Of a DNA stretch of 64,000 bases, positions 1 through 10,522 are shown piece by piece. Position 1 is the stretch's first letter. Each line of letters begins with the position of its first letter. Position numbers and translations under genes: made by a program. Under the pieces are notes generated by a model, which saw only the letters and a list, made by a program, of their open reading frames with translations, was not told the DNA's origin and made no database searches. Origin of the DNA: Spirochaetia bacterium (lineage in GTDB: Bacteria; Spirochaetota; Spirochaetia; SZUA-6; Bin103); contig CBDBOV010000005.1 of NCBI GenBank assembly GCA_965208575.1, positions 96,001 to 160,000 on the forward strand, in the 5' to 3' direction.

Positions 1-1
1 C

Positions 2-595
2 TGGTACACCGACAACCGGCTGATGTGCTGGTACCCGGAGTTGGGCCCGATTGCCGGCTACGCGGTGACCTGCACCTACAGCGTCACCGACCCCGGCTAC
101 TCCGGGGTGTCGCTGATGGACGTGCTGGAGGCGGCGGACCGGCAGGACGGGCCCTCCATCTTCTGCTTCGAACAGCGCTTCCCCGCGGAATTGGCCGACA
201 AGGTGGGGCTCTCCGGCGGCAACATGACCTCCGCCCTGCGCGCCTGTGGGGCGATCGGGGCCATCACCAACGGCCCGTCGCGCGACATCCACGAGATCCG
301 CCCGATGAAGTTCCAGTACCTGACGCGCGGCATCTGCGCCGGGCACGGCCCGCAGGCGATCCAGGGCGTGCAGGTGCCGGTGAGCCTGTGCGGCATGGAC
401 GTGGCACCCGGCGACATCGTGCACATGGACGAGAACGGCGCGGTGAAATTCCCCGCCAGCCGCCTCGAAGAGGTGGTGACCAACGCCAAGCTGCTGCTGG
501 CCAAGGAGGATGTCCGGGTCGGGAAGCTGCTGCAGGCGGAGGGGCTGGCGGAAGTGCGCGCGATCATGGGCGGGCACCAGTACGTGAAGAAGTAG
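2..595 (+). CDS. RraA/HMG-aldolase-like family protein, 5' end outside window
   Basis: Motifs GYAVT, GGNMT..GAIGAITNGPSRD, PGDIVHMDENG; frame is open to the window edge. Confidence 0.8.
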   Translation, partial: WYTDNRLMCWYPELGPIAGYAVTCTYSVTDPGYSGVSLMDVLEAADRQDGPSIFCFEQRFPAELADKVGLSGGNMTSALRACGAIGAITNGPSRDIHEIRPMKFQYLTRGICAGHGPQAIQGVQVPVSLCGMDVAPGDIVHMDENGAVKFPASRLEEVVTNAKLLLAKEDVRVGKLLQAEGLAEVRAIMGGHQYVKK

Positions 596-605
596 CGCGC
601 GGCCG

Positions 606-1723
606 ATGCGGGTAACCGGCCTCACCGCGGCCACCCTGGTCATACCGTTGCGCAACCCCACTTCGATCGCCGCCCGCACCATGACCGAGCGCCACTACAC
701 GCTGGTCAGGGTGGCCACCGACGCCGGCGTGGAGGGCCTCGGTTTCTGCTACTGCGGCAACGCCGCCGGCTGGGTGGTGACCGGGACGGTGCGCGACCTG
801 CTCGCCCGCCACGTGGTGGGACGCGACTCGCACGACACCGAGGCGATATGGGACGACATGTACGCCGATGCCCTGCTGGTGGGACGGCGCGGGGCCGTGC
901 TGCGCGCCATGAGCGCCATCGACATCGCCCTGTGGGACGCCAATGCCAAGGCGGCGGAGTTGCCGCTGTACCGCTACCTGGGCGCGGCGCGCGGCGAGGT
1001 GGTGCCGGCCTATGCCAGCGGCGGCTATTACGTGCCAGGCAAGGGCGAGCAGGATCTGGCCGCCGAGTGCGCGCGCTACGTCGACGCCGGCTTCACGGCC
1101 GTCAAGATCAAGGTGGGCCGCACCGACGCGCGGGCGGACGCGGCGCGCATCGCCGCGGTGCGGGATGCGGTCGGCGAAGAGGTGGAGTTGTTCGCCGACG
1201 CCAACAACGCCTGGTACGACGCGGCCAGCGCCATCCGCGCCAGACGCGCTGGGAGGAGTACGACCTCGGCTGGATCGAGGAACCGAACCCGCCTGACGAG
1301 CTGGCCGCGCATGCGGCGGTGGCCGCGGCGGTGGAGCCGCCGGTCGCCACCGGGGAGATTCACCAGACGCGCTGGGACTTCCAGCAGATCCTGGACCTGG
1401 GCGCCGCCGCCATCCTGCAACCCGACGCGGCGGTGTGCGGCGGCGTCACCGAGTTCCGGCGCATCGCCGCCCTGGCGGCGGCACAGGGCATTACCGTCGC
1501 CCCGCACTGGCTGGCCGACCTGCACGTACACCTGGTGGCCGCCACGCCGAACGCCACCTGGGTCGAGTACTTCACCGACACCGAGGTGTTGAACCTGATG
1601 GAGGTGTTCCGGAACCGCCTGGAGGTGCGCGGCGGCGCGCTGGTGCTGCCGCAGGAACCGGGCCTCGGCATCGTGCTCGACGACGACGCGGTAGAGCGCT
1701 TCTCGTCCGACGGCTGGCGCTGA
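606..1723 (+). pseudogene. Mandelate racemase/muconate-lactonizing (enolase superfamily) enzyme, split by a 1-nt frameshift near 1240
   Basis: N-half in ORF 606..1592 (DIALWD, AYASGG, KIKVG, DANN); C-half in the frame of ORF 848..1723 (WIEEP, ATGE, QPD, EPGLG). The frameshift could be a sequencing error. Confidence 0.8.
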
Positions 1724-1781
1724 GCCGCACGCGTCTGGTACGGTGCAGATAGCCGGATCCAGGGTTCGGAGGAGGGTCTAC

Positions 1782-2888
1782 ATGAAAGCCGCGGTATTGC
1801 ATGAGGTTGGCGGTCCGTTCGTGATCGAGGAGCTGGACCTGCAGCCGCCCGAGCCGGGCGAGGTGCGCGTGCGGCTGGCCGCCGCCGGCATGTGCCACAG
1901 CGACTGGCACTTCGTGACGGGCAAGCTCGACCGGCCCAAGCCGCTGGTGCTGGGCCACGAGGGCGCCGGCATCATCGAGGAGGTGGGCAGCGAGGTGACC
2001 CGCGTCAAGCCTGGCCAGCACGTCATCCTCAACTGGGCTCCCTCCTGCGGCAGCTGCTTCTACTGCCTGCGCGACCAGAACGGGCTGTGCGAAACCATGT
2101 GGTACTGGCACAACGGCACCATGCACGACGGCAGCACACGGCTCAGTTTGAACGGCGAACAGGTGACCCAGTTCAGCGTGGTGTCCACCTTCGCCGAGCA
2201 GGCGATCGCGCCGGAGCAGTCGTGCGTGGTAATACCGGATGACATCTCGTTCGACGTCGCGGCCCTGGTAGGGTGCGCGGTGACCACGGGCGTCGGGGCC
2301 GCGCTGAACACCGTGCACATCCGCCCCGGCGAGAGCGTCGCGGTGTACGGCTGCGGCGGCGTGGGGCTGAACTGCGTACAGGGCGCGCGCCTGAGCGGGG
2401 CCAACCCGATTATCGCCGTGGATACCGACGCGGCCAAGCTGGAGATTGCCCGCCAGTTCGGCGCCACCGACGGGGTGGTGGCCGGCGACGACGCGCACGA
2501 GCAGGTAAAGGCGCTCACCGGCGGGCGCGGCGTGGACTTCGCGTTCGAGGCGGTCGGAGCGCCGGCGGTGCAGGAGGCTGCCTACAAGGCCGCCCGCCGG
2601 GGCGGCGCCCTGGTGGTGGTGGGCGTGGCGCCGGCGAAGTCGGTCACGCGCTACTCCGGCCTCGACCTGCACGTAAACGAGAAGCGCATCCTCGGCTCCT
2701 TCTTCGGCTCAACGGACCCGCACCGGGAGTTCCCGCGCCTGCTGGCGCTGTACCGTGCCGGCAAGTTGCTGCTCGACGAACTGATCTCCCGCCACTACCG
2801 CCTCGACCAGATCAACGACGCCTACGCCGACCTGCTCAAGGGCGGCCACAAGCGCGGCGTAATCCTGTTCGACTCAGCCGCCGCCTGA
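1782..2888 (+). CDS. Zn-dependent alcohol dehydrogenase (MDR)
   Basis: CHSD, GHEGAG, four-Cys Zn cluster, GCGGVG; RBS GGAGG upstream. Confidence 0.92.
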   Translation: MKAAVLHEVGGPFVIEELDLQPPEPGEVRVRLAAAGMCHSDWHFVTGKLDRPKPLVLGHEGAGIIEEVGSEVTRVKPGQHVILNWAPSCGSCFYCLRDQNGLCETMWYWHNGTMHDGSTRLSLNGEQVTQFSVVSTFAEQAIAPEQSCVVIPDDISFDVAALVGCAVTTGVGAALNTVHIRPGESVAVYGCGGVGLNCVQGARLSGANPIIAVDTDAAKLEIARQFGATDGVVAGDDAHEQVKALTGGRGVDFAFEAVGAPAVQEAAYKAARRGGALVVVGVAPAKSVTRYSGLDLHVNEKRILGSFFGSTDPHREFPRLLALYRAGKLLLDELISRHYRLDQINDAYADLLKGGHKRGVILFDSAAA

Positions 2889-2905
2889 CGGGCCGGGACA
2901 CCACA

Positions 2906-3922
2906 CTAGCGGACTTTGATTACCAGCTTGCCGAAGTTGGCGCCGGCGAGCAGGCCGATGAATGCCTCGGGGGAGTTCTCGATGCCCTCGACCACGTCCT
3001 CGCGGTACTTCAGGGTGCCGTCCTGCACCCAGCCGGCCAGGCGGCGCAGCGCCTCCTCGTGCTTGCCGGTGAACTGAAACACCAGAAAGCCCTCCATGCG
3101 CGCCCGCCTCGTGAGCAGCATGCGCGGGATGTTGCGCGGACCCTGCGGCGGCGAGGTGGCGTTGTAGAACGCGATCTGGCCGCAGATCACGGCGCGCCCG
3201 AAGATGGCGATCTGGTCGATGGCGGCGTCGGTCACCGGCCCGCCGACGTTGTCCCAGTACACGTCGATGCCGTGCGGACACAGCTCGCGCAGGCGTGCCG
3301 GCACGTCCTCGGCCTTGTAGTCGATGGCGGCATCGAAGCCGAGCTCGTTCACCACGTATCCGCACTTCTCCGGAGAGCCGGCGACGCCGATCACCCGGCA
3401 GCCGTTGTGCTTCGCGAGCTGGCCGACCACGGCGCCCACCGCCCCCGAGGCCGCGGTCACCACCACGGTGTCGCCCGCCACCGGCTTGCCGACCTCGAAC
3501 AGGCCGTGGTAGGCGGTGAGCCCCGGCATGCCGAGGATGCCCACGGAGGTGGAGACCGGGGCCACGGCGGGATCGATCTTGCGTACGTCGCGCGCGTCCA
3601 TCACCCCGTACTCCTGCCAGCCGATCTTGCCCATGGCGAAGTCGCCGGCGGCGAACCGGTCAGAGTTGGAGGCGATCACCTCGCCGACCGCGTCCGCCTC
3701 CAGCACGCCGCCCTCGGCGACCGGCGCGGCGTAGGCGGCGGGAGTCGGAGGATTCATGCGGCCGCGCATGTAGGGGTCGAGCGAATGGTAATGGGTGGCG
3801 ATCAGCACCTCGCCCGGACCCGGCTCCGGGACCGGGCGCTCGACGAGTGCGAAATCGGACAGCTTGGGGACGCCGCGCGGGCGCGCCGCCAGCGTCCAGG
3901 CGCGATTGGTTTGTGTTGCCAT
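2906..3922 (-). CDS. NADP-dependent oxidoreductase (CurA/PTGR-like MDR)
   Basis: SLDPYMRGRM, GMPGLTAY, AASGAVG, DNVGG, GANFGK motifs. Confidence 0.92.
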   Translation of the reverse strand: MATQTNRAWTLAARPRGVPKLSDFALVERPVPEPGPGEVLIATHYHSLDPYMRGRMNPPTPAAYAAPVAEGGVLEADAVGEVIASNSDRFAAGDFAMGKIGWQEYGVMDARDVRKIDPAVAPVSTSVGILGMPGLTAYHGLFEVGKPVAGDTVVVTAASGAVGAVVGQLAKHNGCRVIGVAGSPEKCGYVVNELGFDAAIDYKAEDVPARLRELCPHGIDVYWDNVGGPVTDAAIDQIAIFGRAVICGQIAFYNATSPPQGPRNIPRMLLTRRARMEGFLVFQFTGKHEEALRRLAGWVQDGTLKYREDVVEGIENSPEAFIGLLAGANFGKLVIKVR

Positions 3923-4088
3923 AACGGTTCCGCAGGATAGCACCGCCGGCGCCCGGTTGGTAGGCCGCCACGGCAGGTGCGGACGACTGGCGTTCGGTGC
4001 AGGTGGCAGCGACCACGGCTGCGGAGGCGCTTGCCAATGGCGCGGCGGCTCGCAGCAGGCGGCGCATGTGGCGTATCATCGGCTGACC

Positions 4089-4994
4089 ATGGCATCGCTC
4101 CCTGTCGCGACGCTCGGCAACACCGGCATCGAAGTGACGCGCCTCGGGTTCGGCGCGGCGTTGCACCATCCCGACAAGCCGTACTGGAACGACCAGACCG
4201 CCGAACCGCTGCACCACGCGGTGCTGGACGCCGGCATCAACTTCATCGACACCGCCTACGACTACGTCGACTCGGAGCGGCGCATCGGCGACTTCCTGGC
4301 AGTTCGCTACGGCGAGTTCACTCTGGCCACCAAGTGCGGCTGCACCGACACCCGCCCCACCGACAACAGCTCCGACCACGTGTGGACGCGCGACAACCTG
4401 TTCCGCGGCCTGGAGGGCAGCCTCGCCCGCCTGCGCCGCGACAGCGTCGACGTGATGCAGATGCACAACCCGACGGTGGCGGAGTGCGAGGCCGGCGGCC
4501 TCGTGGACGCGCTGCGGGAGATGCGGCGCGGCGGCCAGGTGCGCTTCATCGGCGTTTCCACCACGTTGCCGCACCTGCCCACCTACCTGGAGTGGGGCGT
4601 GTTCGACACCATGCAGATCCCCTACTCGGCCCTGCAGCGCGAGCACGAGGAGTGGATAACGCGCGCCGCCGAGGCGGGCGTGGGCATCATCATCCGCGGC
4701 GGGGTTGCGCAGGGCGATCCGGTTGCCGGACACGGGCTGAAGGACCGCTGGGCCGCCTTCGAGCGCGCCGGTCTCGACGAGCTGCGCGAGCCGGGCGAGA
4801 GCCGTTCGGCGTTCGTGTTGCGCTACACGCTGTCACACCCGCACACCCACACCATCATCGTCGGCACCACGCGCCCGGCGCACCTGCAGGAGAACGTCGC
4901 CACGGTGCTGCGCGGCCCGCTGCCCGCCGACACCTACGCGGAGGCCAAGCGCCGCCTCGACGCCGCCGGCGAGCGGCCCGCCCCCGCCGGGTAA
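4089..4994 (+). CDS. Aldo/keto reductase
   Basis: LGNTG..VTRLGFG, GINFIDTA..Y, LATKCG, RFIGVS. Confidence 0.88.
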   Translation: MASLPVATLGNTGIEVTRLGFGAALHHPDKPYWNDQTAEPLHHAVLDAGINFIDTAYDYVDSERRIGDFLAVRYGEFTLATKCGCTDTRPTDNSSDHVWTRDNLFRGLEGSLARLRRDSVDVMQMHNPTVAECEAGGLVDALREMRRGGQVRFIGVSTTLPHLPTYLEWGVFDTMQIPYSALQREHEEWITRAAEAGVGIIIRGGVAQGDPVAGHGLKDRWAAFERAGLDELREPGESRSAFVLRYTLSHPHTHTIIVGTTRPAHLQENVATVLRGPLPADTYAEAKRRLDAAGERPAPAG

Positions 4995-5020
4995 CCCGGG
5001 CCGCCGCCGGAACATCGCCC

Positions 5021-6508
5021 GTGAACTACGACGACCTGCTCATGGCCACCTACGAGCTGCGCGAGAAGCTGGTGGCCGACAAGCACCGTCCGCGCTACCA
5101 CTTCGTGCCGCCGGAGGGCCGCTGGAACGACCTCAACGGCATGCTGTACTGGAAGGGGCGCTACCACATCGGCTACCTGCAGAAGATCCGCAACGCGCCC
5201 GGCGAGCGCGACTTCTCGAGCTGGCAGCACATCTCCAGCCGTGACCTCGTGCACTGGCGCTACCACCCCGCATCGCTGCGCGAGCCGCTCGCCGGCGCCA
5301 AGGGTGACTACTTCAACAGCGGCGACGCCATGGCGGGCATGGAGGTGCCCACCATCATCGCCAACATGCCGCGCCGCGGCATCTGCATCTACCAGGCCGT
5401 CGACGACGACCTTGACCACTGGGAGCCACTGGCGGCCAACCCGGTGATCGCCCTCGATCCGGGCGAGCGCGGCGAGCGCAAGCTGTCGGCGGCGTTCCCG
5501 GAGTGCGTGATCTTCGACCCGAGCGGCTGGAAGCAGGGCGACATCTACTACGCGCTGGTCGGCAACAAGAACTATCGCCCCGGCTACGAGGGCGACTGCA
5601 CCAGCCTGTTCAGGTCGCGCGACCTGGCGCACTGGGAGTACGTCGGCCCGTTCTACCGCTCCGACCGGCGCTGGACCGCGGAGGAGGAGGACTGCGCGTG
5701 CAGCGACTTCTTCCCGTTCGGCGACCGCCACATGCTGCTGATGCACACCCACCGCCCGTACGGCAAGTGCCAGTACTACCTCGGGCGCTACGAGGGCGAG
5801 CGCTTCATCCCGGAGCGCAACGGCCAGCTCAGTTGGCTCGGCTCCATGCTCGCCGGCCCGGAGACGCTGGCCGACGACCGCGGCAGGCGCATCTTCATGG
5901 GCTGGATCGCCGACGCCCGCGACTGGCAGGCCACCGGCTGGACCGGCGTGGTGACCCTGCCCTGGCACTTCTTCCCCGGCCCGGATGGGGACCTGAAGAT
6001 CGCGCCGGTCGACGAATTGGCCGTGCTGCGCCACGGCGAGGTCCGGGTCGGCGACGTGCGGCTGGCGGCCGGCGAGGAGACTGCGCTCGACGCGCTCGCC
6101 TCAGACTGCATGGAGGCCAGGATGACGCTGGCGCCGGAGGGCGCCGCCGAGTTCGGCATCAAGCTGCTGTGCTCCCCGGACGGCGAGGAGGAGACCATCG
6201 TCACCTACCGCGCCGGCGCCGGGGAGTTCGTCGTCGACTTCTCCGGGTCCAGCACCGACACTTCGCTGCGCTATCCGCACGGCGTCACCCGGCAGGTGGT
6301 GCCCTACGCCGCCGGCGAGACGCTGGACCTTGACATCTTCGTCGACCGTTCGGTGATCGAGATCTTCGTGAACCGCGACCTGGTGCTGGTGCAGCGCGTC
6401 TACCCGCTGCGCGCCGACAGCCGGCTGTTCAAGGTATTCACACGCGGCGGCGGGTTGACCGCGTCCGGCATCGTCAAGTGGGAGATGGACGCCGCCAACC
6501 CCTGGTGA
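5021..6508 (+). CDS. Glycoside hydrolase family 32 protein
   Basis: RPRYHF..WNDLNG, FDP, C-terminal FVDRSVIEIFVN beta-sandwich. Confidence 0.85.
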   Translation: MNYDDLLMATYELREKLVADKHRPRYHFVPPEGRWNDLNGMLYWKGRYHIGYLQKIRNAPGERDFSSWQHISSRDLVHWRYHPASLREPLAGAKGDYFNSGDAMAGMEVPTIIANMPRRGICIYQAVDDDLDHWEPLAANPVIALDPGERGERKLSAAFPECVIFDPSGWKQGDIYYALVGNKNYRPGYEGDCTSLFRSRDLAHWEYVGPFYRSDRRWTAEEEDCACSDFFPFGDRHMLLMHTHRPYGKCQYYLGRYEGERFIPERNGQLSWLGSMLAGPETLADDRGRRIFMGWIADARDWQATGWTGVVTLPWHFFPGPDGDLKIAPVDELAVLRHGEVRVGDVRLAAGEETALDALASDCMEARMTLAPEGAAEFGIKLLCSPDGEEETIVTYRAGAGEFVVDFSGSSTDTSLRYPHGVTRQVVPYAAGETLDLDIFVDRSVIEIFVNRDLVLVQRVYPLRADSRLFKVFTRGGGLTASGIVKWEMDAANPW

Positions 6509-6527
6509 CCGCCGCATACCGGAGCGG

Positions 6528-7685
6528 TTACGGGTAGATCGTCTCGCCGGTCTTGTGGGCGTCGATGAAGTCCCAGTCCAGGGGCACGCCCAGGCCCGGC
6601 TCCTGCGGGACGTCGATGCAGCCGTCGGCATCGACCGAGTCGAGTTCGTCCATCCACTGGCGGTCGGGGTAGATCGGCGCCTTGGTTTCGCGCACCTTGT
6701 GGATGCCCACGCCCATCTCGAAGTAGTTGGTGTTGCGGATCGAGGCCATGCAGTGGCGGTGCGCCAGTCCGCCGCCGTGCAACTCGACGTCGAGGCCGCT
6801 CGCCTCGGCGACCGCCGCGATCTTCATCACCCCGGTGATGCCGCCGTCGGCCTGCGCGTTGGCGCGTACGTAGTCGGTGGCGCCGGCGTGGATGGTGTCC
6901 ATCTTCGCCTCCAGACCGCGCACGTGCTCGCCCATCAGCAGCGGCGTCTTGATCAGCTCGCGCAGCTTCGCGTGGGCGAACGCCGACAGGCCGCCGCCGC
7001 GGAACGCGTCTTCGTACCACATGTAGCGCGCCTCGTCGCACGCCCGTCCCACCCGCAGCACGTCGTCGAACGTGCCGAAGCCGCCGGCCGGGTCGAGCAT
7101 CAGGTCGAACTCATCGCCCACCGCCTCCCGGATCGCCAGCACCGCCGCCACCTCGCGATGGATGGAGCGGTTCACCCAGCCGTGAATCTTGAACGCCGGG
7201 TAGCCGTAGCGCTCCTTGCACAGCAGCGCGAACTCGGCGTAGTCCCGCGGCGTGGTCAGCCCGCCGTTCTCGTCGCCGTGGTAGCTGCTCGCGTAGCAGG
7301 GCAGCTTCCTGCGCCAGCCGCCGAGGAGCTGGTATACCGGTACGCCGTGGAGCTTGCCGGCGATGTCCCACAGGGCTATGTCCACCGCCCCCGGCGGCGT
7401 GCCGTCCGGCGAGCGCCGCGACCGCTTCAGGTCGTGCCAGATGATCTCCCGCTGCAGCGGATCGCGCCCGATCAGGTATTGCGCCGTGCGGGCGTCCACG
7501 TCGCCCGGCACCTCGCCGGTGATGCCGGCGTCGGTCTCGACGGTGAGGATGCTGCCGCCGCTCCGCCACGTCGCTCCGGGCGTGTACAGCGTATCCCACC
7601 CGTAGCGCGGATCCATGCTCAGATCCGCCAGCTCGTACTCGAAATGGGTCACCACGACCCCGGTTATGCTCAGTGTCGATGCCAC
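6528..7685 (-). CDS. Enolase-superfamily (mandelate racemase-like) enzyme
   Basis: DIALWDIAGK, KIH, LMLD, WYED, EPGLGV. Confidence 0.88.
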   Translation of the reverse strand: MASTLSITGVVVTHFEYELADLSMDPRYGWDTLYTPGATWRSGGSILTVETDAGITGEVPGDVDARTAQYLIGRDPLQREIIWHDLKRSRRSPDGTPPGAVDIALWDIAGKLHGVPVYQLLGGWRRKLPCYASSYHGDENGGLTTPRDYAEFALLCKERYGYPAFKIHGWVNRSIHREVAAVLAIREAVGDEFDLMLDPAGGFGTFDDVLRVGRACDEARYMWYEDAFRGGGLSAFAHAKLRELIKTPLLMGEHVRGLEAKMDTIHAGATDYVRANAQADGGITGVMKIAAVAEASGLDVELHGGGLAHRHCMASIRNTNYFEMGVGIHKVRETKAPIYPDRQWMDELDSVDADGCIDVPQEPGLGVPLDWDFIDAHKTGETIYP

Positions 7686-7866
7686 GGTCCCCCCTTGCGG
7701 GCCCATCATACCGCCCGCAAGCCGCCGTGAGCACCGCTTCGCCCAGCCCGCGTCCAGCGCCAGCCGGTCGTGGCCGCCGGCTACCAGATCCGAAGCAGCC
7801 GCCCGGCGGGCTCCGCCGGCGCCGAGCGTGGCATCGCCTTCGGTACCTCGGAGCGACCGCGCCGGC

Positions 7867-8577
7867 TCACGCCAATCCGTACACCGGGATACCGGCGCCG
7901 TGGACCGCGGCCGCCGCGTCCGACGCGAGGAACACGATGACGTTGGCCAGGTGCGCCGGCGCCACCCACCTGGCGGGGTCGGAGTTGGGCATCGCGGCGC
8001 GGTTCGCGGGCGTGTCGATGATACTCGGCAGCACCGCGTTCACGTTGACCCCGGCATCCTTCAGCTCCGCCGACAGCGCTTGCGTGAGCGCCAGCACCGC
8101 CGCCTTGGTCGCGCCGTAGACGCCGTTGCCGGCCTCGCCCTGCAGCGCCGCCCGCGCCGACACGTTGACGATCGCGCCGCCGCCGCCAGCGGTCAGAATC
8201 GGGGCCGCCGCCCGGCACACCGTAAAGGTGGTGCGCAGGTTCAGGTCCAGCAGGTGCTCCAGGGCGGCGTCGTCCGCGTCCGCCACCCGTGTCCAGGTGT
8301 AGCCGCCGGCCAGGTTGACCACCGCGCGCAACGAGTCCGGCGCCACCCGCCCGAGCAGCGTCTCCACCTCATCGGCACGGCGCAGGTCGCAGCGCCGCAG
8401 CTCCACCCGCGCCTCCCGCCCGGCGAACCGCTCCCGGAACGGCGCCACCTCCGCCTCCACCACGTAGGTCACCAGCACCCGCGCCCCCGCCTGCAGGAAC
8501 CCCTGCACCACCGCCCCGCCCAGCGCGCCGCTCCCGCCGGTGACAATCACCTTCCGTCCGCCAAAGTCGATCCGCAT
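7867..8577 (-). CDS. SDR family oxidoreductase
   Basis: TGGSGALG, YGATK, PSIIDT; TTGACA-16-TACGAT promoter ends 7 nt before the ATG. Confidence 0.88.
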   Translation of the reverse strand: MRIDFGGRKVIVTGGSGALGGAVVQGFLQAGARVLVTYVVEAEVAPFRERFAGREARVELRRCDLRRADEVETLLGRVAPDSLRAVVNLAGGYTWTRVADADDAALEHLLDLNLRTTFTVCRAAAPILTAGGGGAIVNVSARAALQGEAGNGVYGATKAAVLALTQALSAELKDAGVNVNAVLPSIIDTPANRAAMPNSDPARWVAPAHLANVIVFLASDAAAAVHGAGIPVYGLA

Positions 8578-8680
8578 GCCGCCCATCGTAGGCCGAAGCC
8601 TCCGGGTGTCAAGGTCATCACCACCGGTCGGTGGGCGGCGTGCGACGCACCTGTCGGTTTCATGCAGAATCGAGCACGAA

Positions 8681-9181
8681 ATGGGAGCGCAACCAGATTG
8701 TTGCATCGAACGGCTGAACGAGGGGGATGCGGGGTGGCGGGAGCTGGTGGAGGTCATTACCGGGGAGGGGCAGGCGAAGGAGGCGTTCGATCCGTTCTTC
8801 GGCCGGTTTCCGCGCTACTTCGTCGCAGCGCGACAGAGTGGGCGGGTGGTAGGATTCCTGATGTTCGTGGTGTGGGAGATCGGGCCGCATGACCGCGGAC
8901 ATCCGGTGGTAAAGCGTGACGGGAAGGCCTTGACGGAGGCGAAGATCATCGCGTTCGGGGTACCGCCGGCATACCGCCGGCAGGGCATCGGGCGAGCGCT
9001 GCAGGAATACGTGCTGCGCCGCGCGCGGGCGCTCGGCTGTTACCAGGTGCGGTCGGTGAGCCGCCCGAGCCGGCAGGCAAACCACCAGCTCAAGCTGTCG
9101 ATGGGCTTTGCCGTCGAGCCGATGGAGCGCGACGAACCGAGCCTGGCGTTCGTCATGCCGCTGGAAGGCCATGGAGGTTAG
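8681..9181 (+). CDS. GNAT family N-acetyltransferase
   Basis: Acetyl-CoA motif V..AYRRQGIGRAL; C-terminal N..L..SMGF. Confidence 0.8.
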   Translation: MGAQPDCCIERLNEGDAGWRELVEVITGEGQAKEAFDPFFGRFPRYFVAARQSGRVVGFLMFVVWEIGPHDRGHPVVKRDGKALTEAKIIAFGVPPAYRRQGIGRALQEYVLRRARALGCYQVRSVSRPSRQANHQLKLSMGFAVEPMERDEPSLAFVMPLEGHGG

Positions 9182-9302
9182 CCGCCGTGCCGCCGACGAG
9201 CGGACGTCTTGCGGCGAATACCGTTGGCAATCGCCGCATGCGGTGCGGTGATTAGCTTGCCCCAACTGGCGCACCGTACTATTATCCACCGCAGATGTTG
9301 CG

Positions 9303-10469
9303 GTGAATATGGGCTGGATTCATGACAGGCCGGAGTGGCCGCGGTTCACCTGGGACGACGCGGCTCTGACGAGCGCGCTCGCCGACGTGCGACACCGGCA
9401 GGGCCGGCACCTCGGGACGATGGAAGCGCTCGGATTCGACGTGCGGGCCGAAACCAGCGTTGCCACGCTCACCGACGAGGTGGTGCGCTCGTCGGCCATC
9501 GAGGGCGAGCACCTCGACCCACGCGAGGTGCGCTCGTCGGTCGCCCGCCGACTCGGGTTCGATAGCGGCGGCCTACCCTCTCCAAATGACGGAGTGGAGG
9601 GCGCGGTTGCGGTGACGCTCGATGCGACGCGCAACTTCGATGCGCCACTCACGGCGGAGCGCCTGCATGGCTGGCACGCGGCGCTGTTTCCCACCGGACG
9701 CAGCGGCATGACTCGCATTACCGTGGGAGCTTGGCGCACCGACGCGGCTGGACCGATGCAGGTGGTCTCAGGTCCGGTCGGCAGAGAGCGGGTGCACTTT
9801 CAGGCCCCGGGGGCAACCCGGCTCGACTTCGAGATGCAGCGATTCCTCGATTGGTTCGCCGCCACCGATCTCGATCCCGTGCTCAAGGCCGGCGTGGCCC
9901 ATTTCTGGTTCGTGACCATTCATCCGTTCGATGACGGCAACGGCCGGATTGGCCGCGCCGTCGCCGACATGGCGCTGGCACAGGCGGACGGCACGAAGGA
10001 GCGCTTCTACAGCCTGTCGAAGGGCATCGCCGCGCGGCGTGCGGCGTACTATCGCCAGCTCGAGGCGGCGCAGCGAGCCGGCCTCGACATTACCCTGTGG
10101 CTGCGATGGTTCCTTGATTGCCTCGGCGAGACGATCCGGGACGCCGGCACGCAACTCGGTGCGGCGCTCGACAAGGCGCGGTTGCGGCAACGGATTCTCC
10201 GGCACGCGCTGAACGAGAGGCAGCGCAGGATCGTCGATCTGCTGCTCGACGATTTCCAGGGCCACCTCACCACGTCGAAGTACGCCAAGCTGGCCAGATG
10301 CTCGAACGACACCGCGCTGCGCGACATCCGCGACCTGCTCGAACGCGCAATCATCGCCCGCAACCCCGGCGGCGGCCGCAGCACCAGCTACCGGATCGCC
10401 GAGGGGTCCGAACGCGCCGCTCAACGCACGGCGGAGCTCGATCATTCTTCGGGTATGACCGAAGTTTGA
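9303..10469 (+). CDS. Fic family protein (DUF4172-type N-terminus, C-terminal HTH)
   Basis: HPFDDGNGRIGR Fic motif, SSAIEGE, GGRSTSY tail. Confidence 0.92.
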   Translation: MNMGWIHDRPEWPRFTWDDAALTSALADVRHRQGRHLGTMEALGFDVRAETSVATLTDEVVRSSAIEGEHLDPREVRSSVARRLGFDSGGLPSPNDGVEGAVAVTLDATRNFDAPLTAERLHGWHAALFPTGRSGMTRITVGAWRTDAAGPMQVVSGPVGRERVHFQAPGATRLDFEMQRFLDWFAATDLDPVLKAGVAHFWFVTIHPFDDGNGRIGRAVADMALAQADGTKERFYSLSKGIAARRAAYYRQLEAAQRAGLDITLWLRWFLDCLGETIRDAGTQLGAALDKARLRQRILRHALNERQRRIVDLLLDDFQGHLTTSKYAKLARCSNDTALRDIRDLLERAIIARNPGGGRSTSYRIAEGSERAAQRTAELDHSSGMTEV

Positions 10470-10522
10470 TTGTTGCCGACGGTTTCTTTCGGTTACAAAC
10501 GAAGAATCTCCGCGTACGATCC

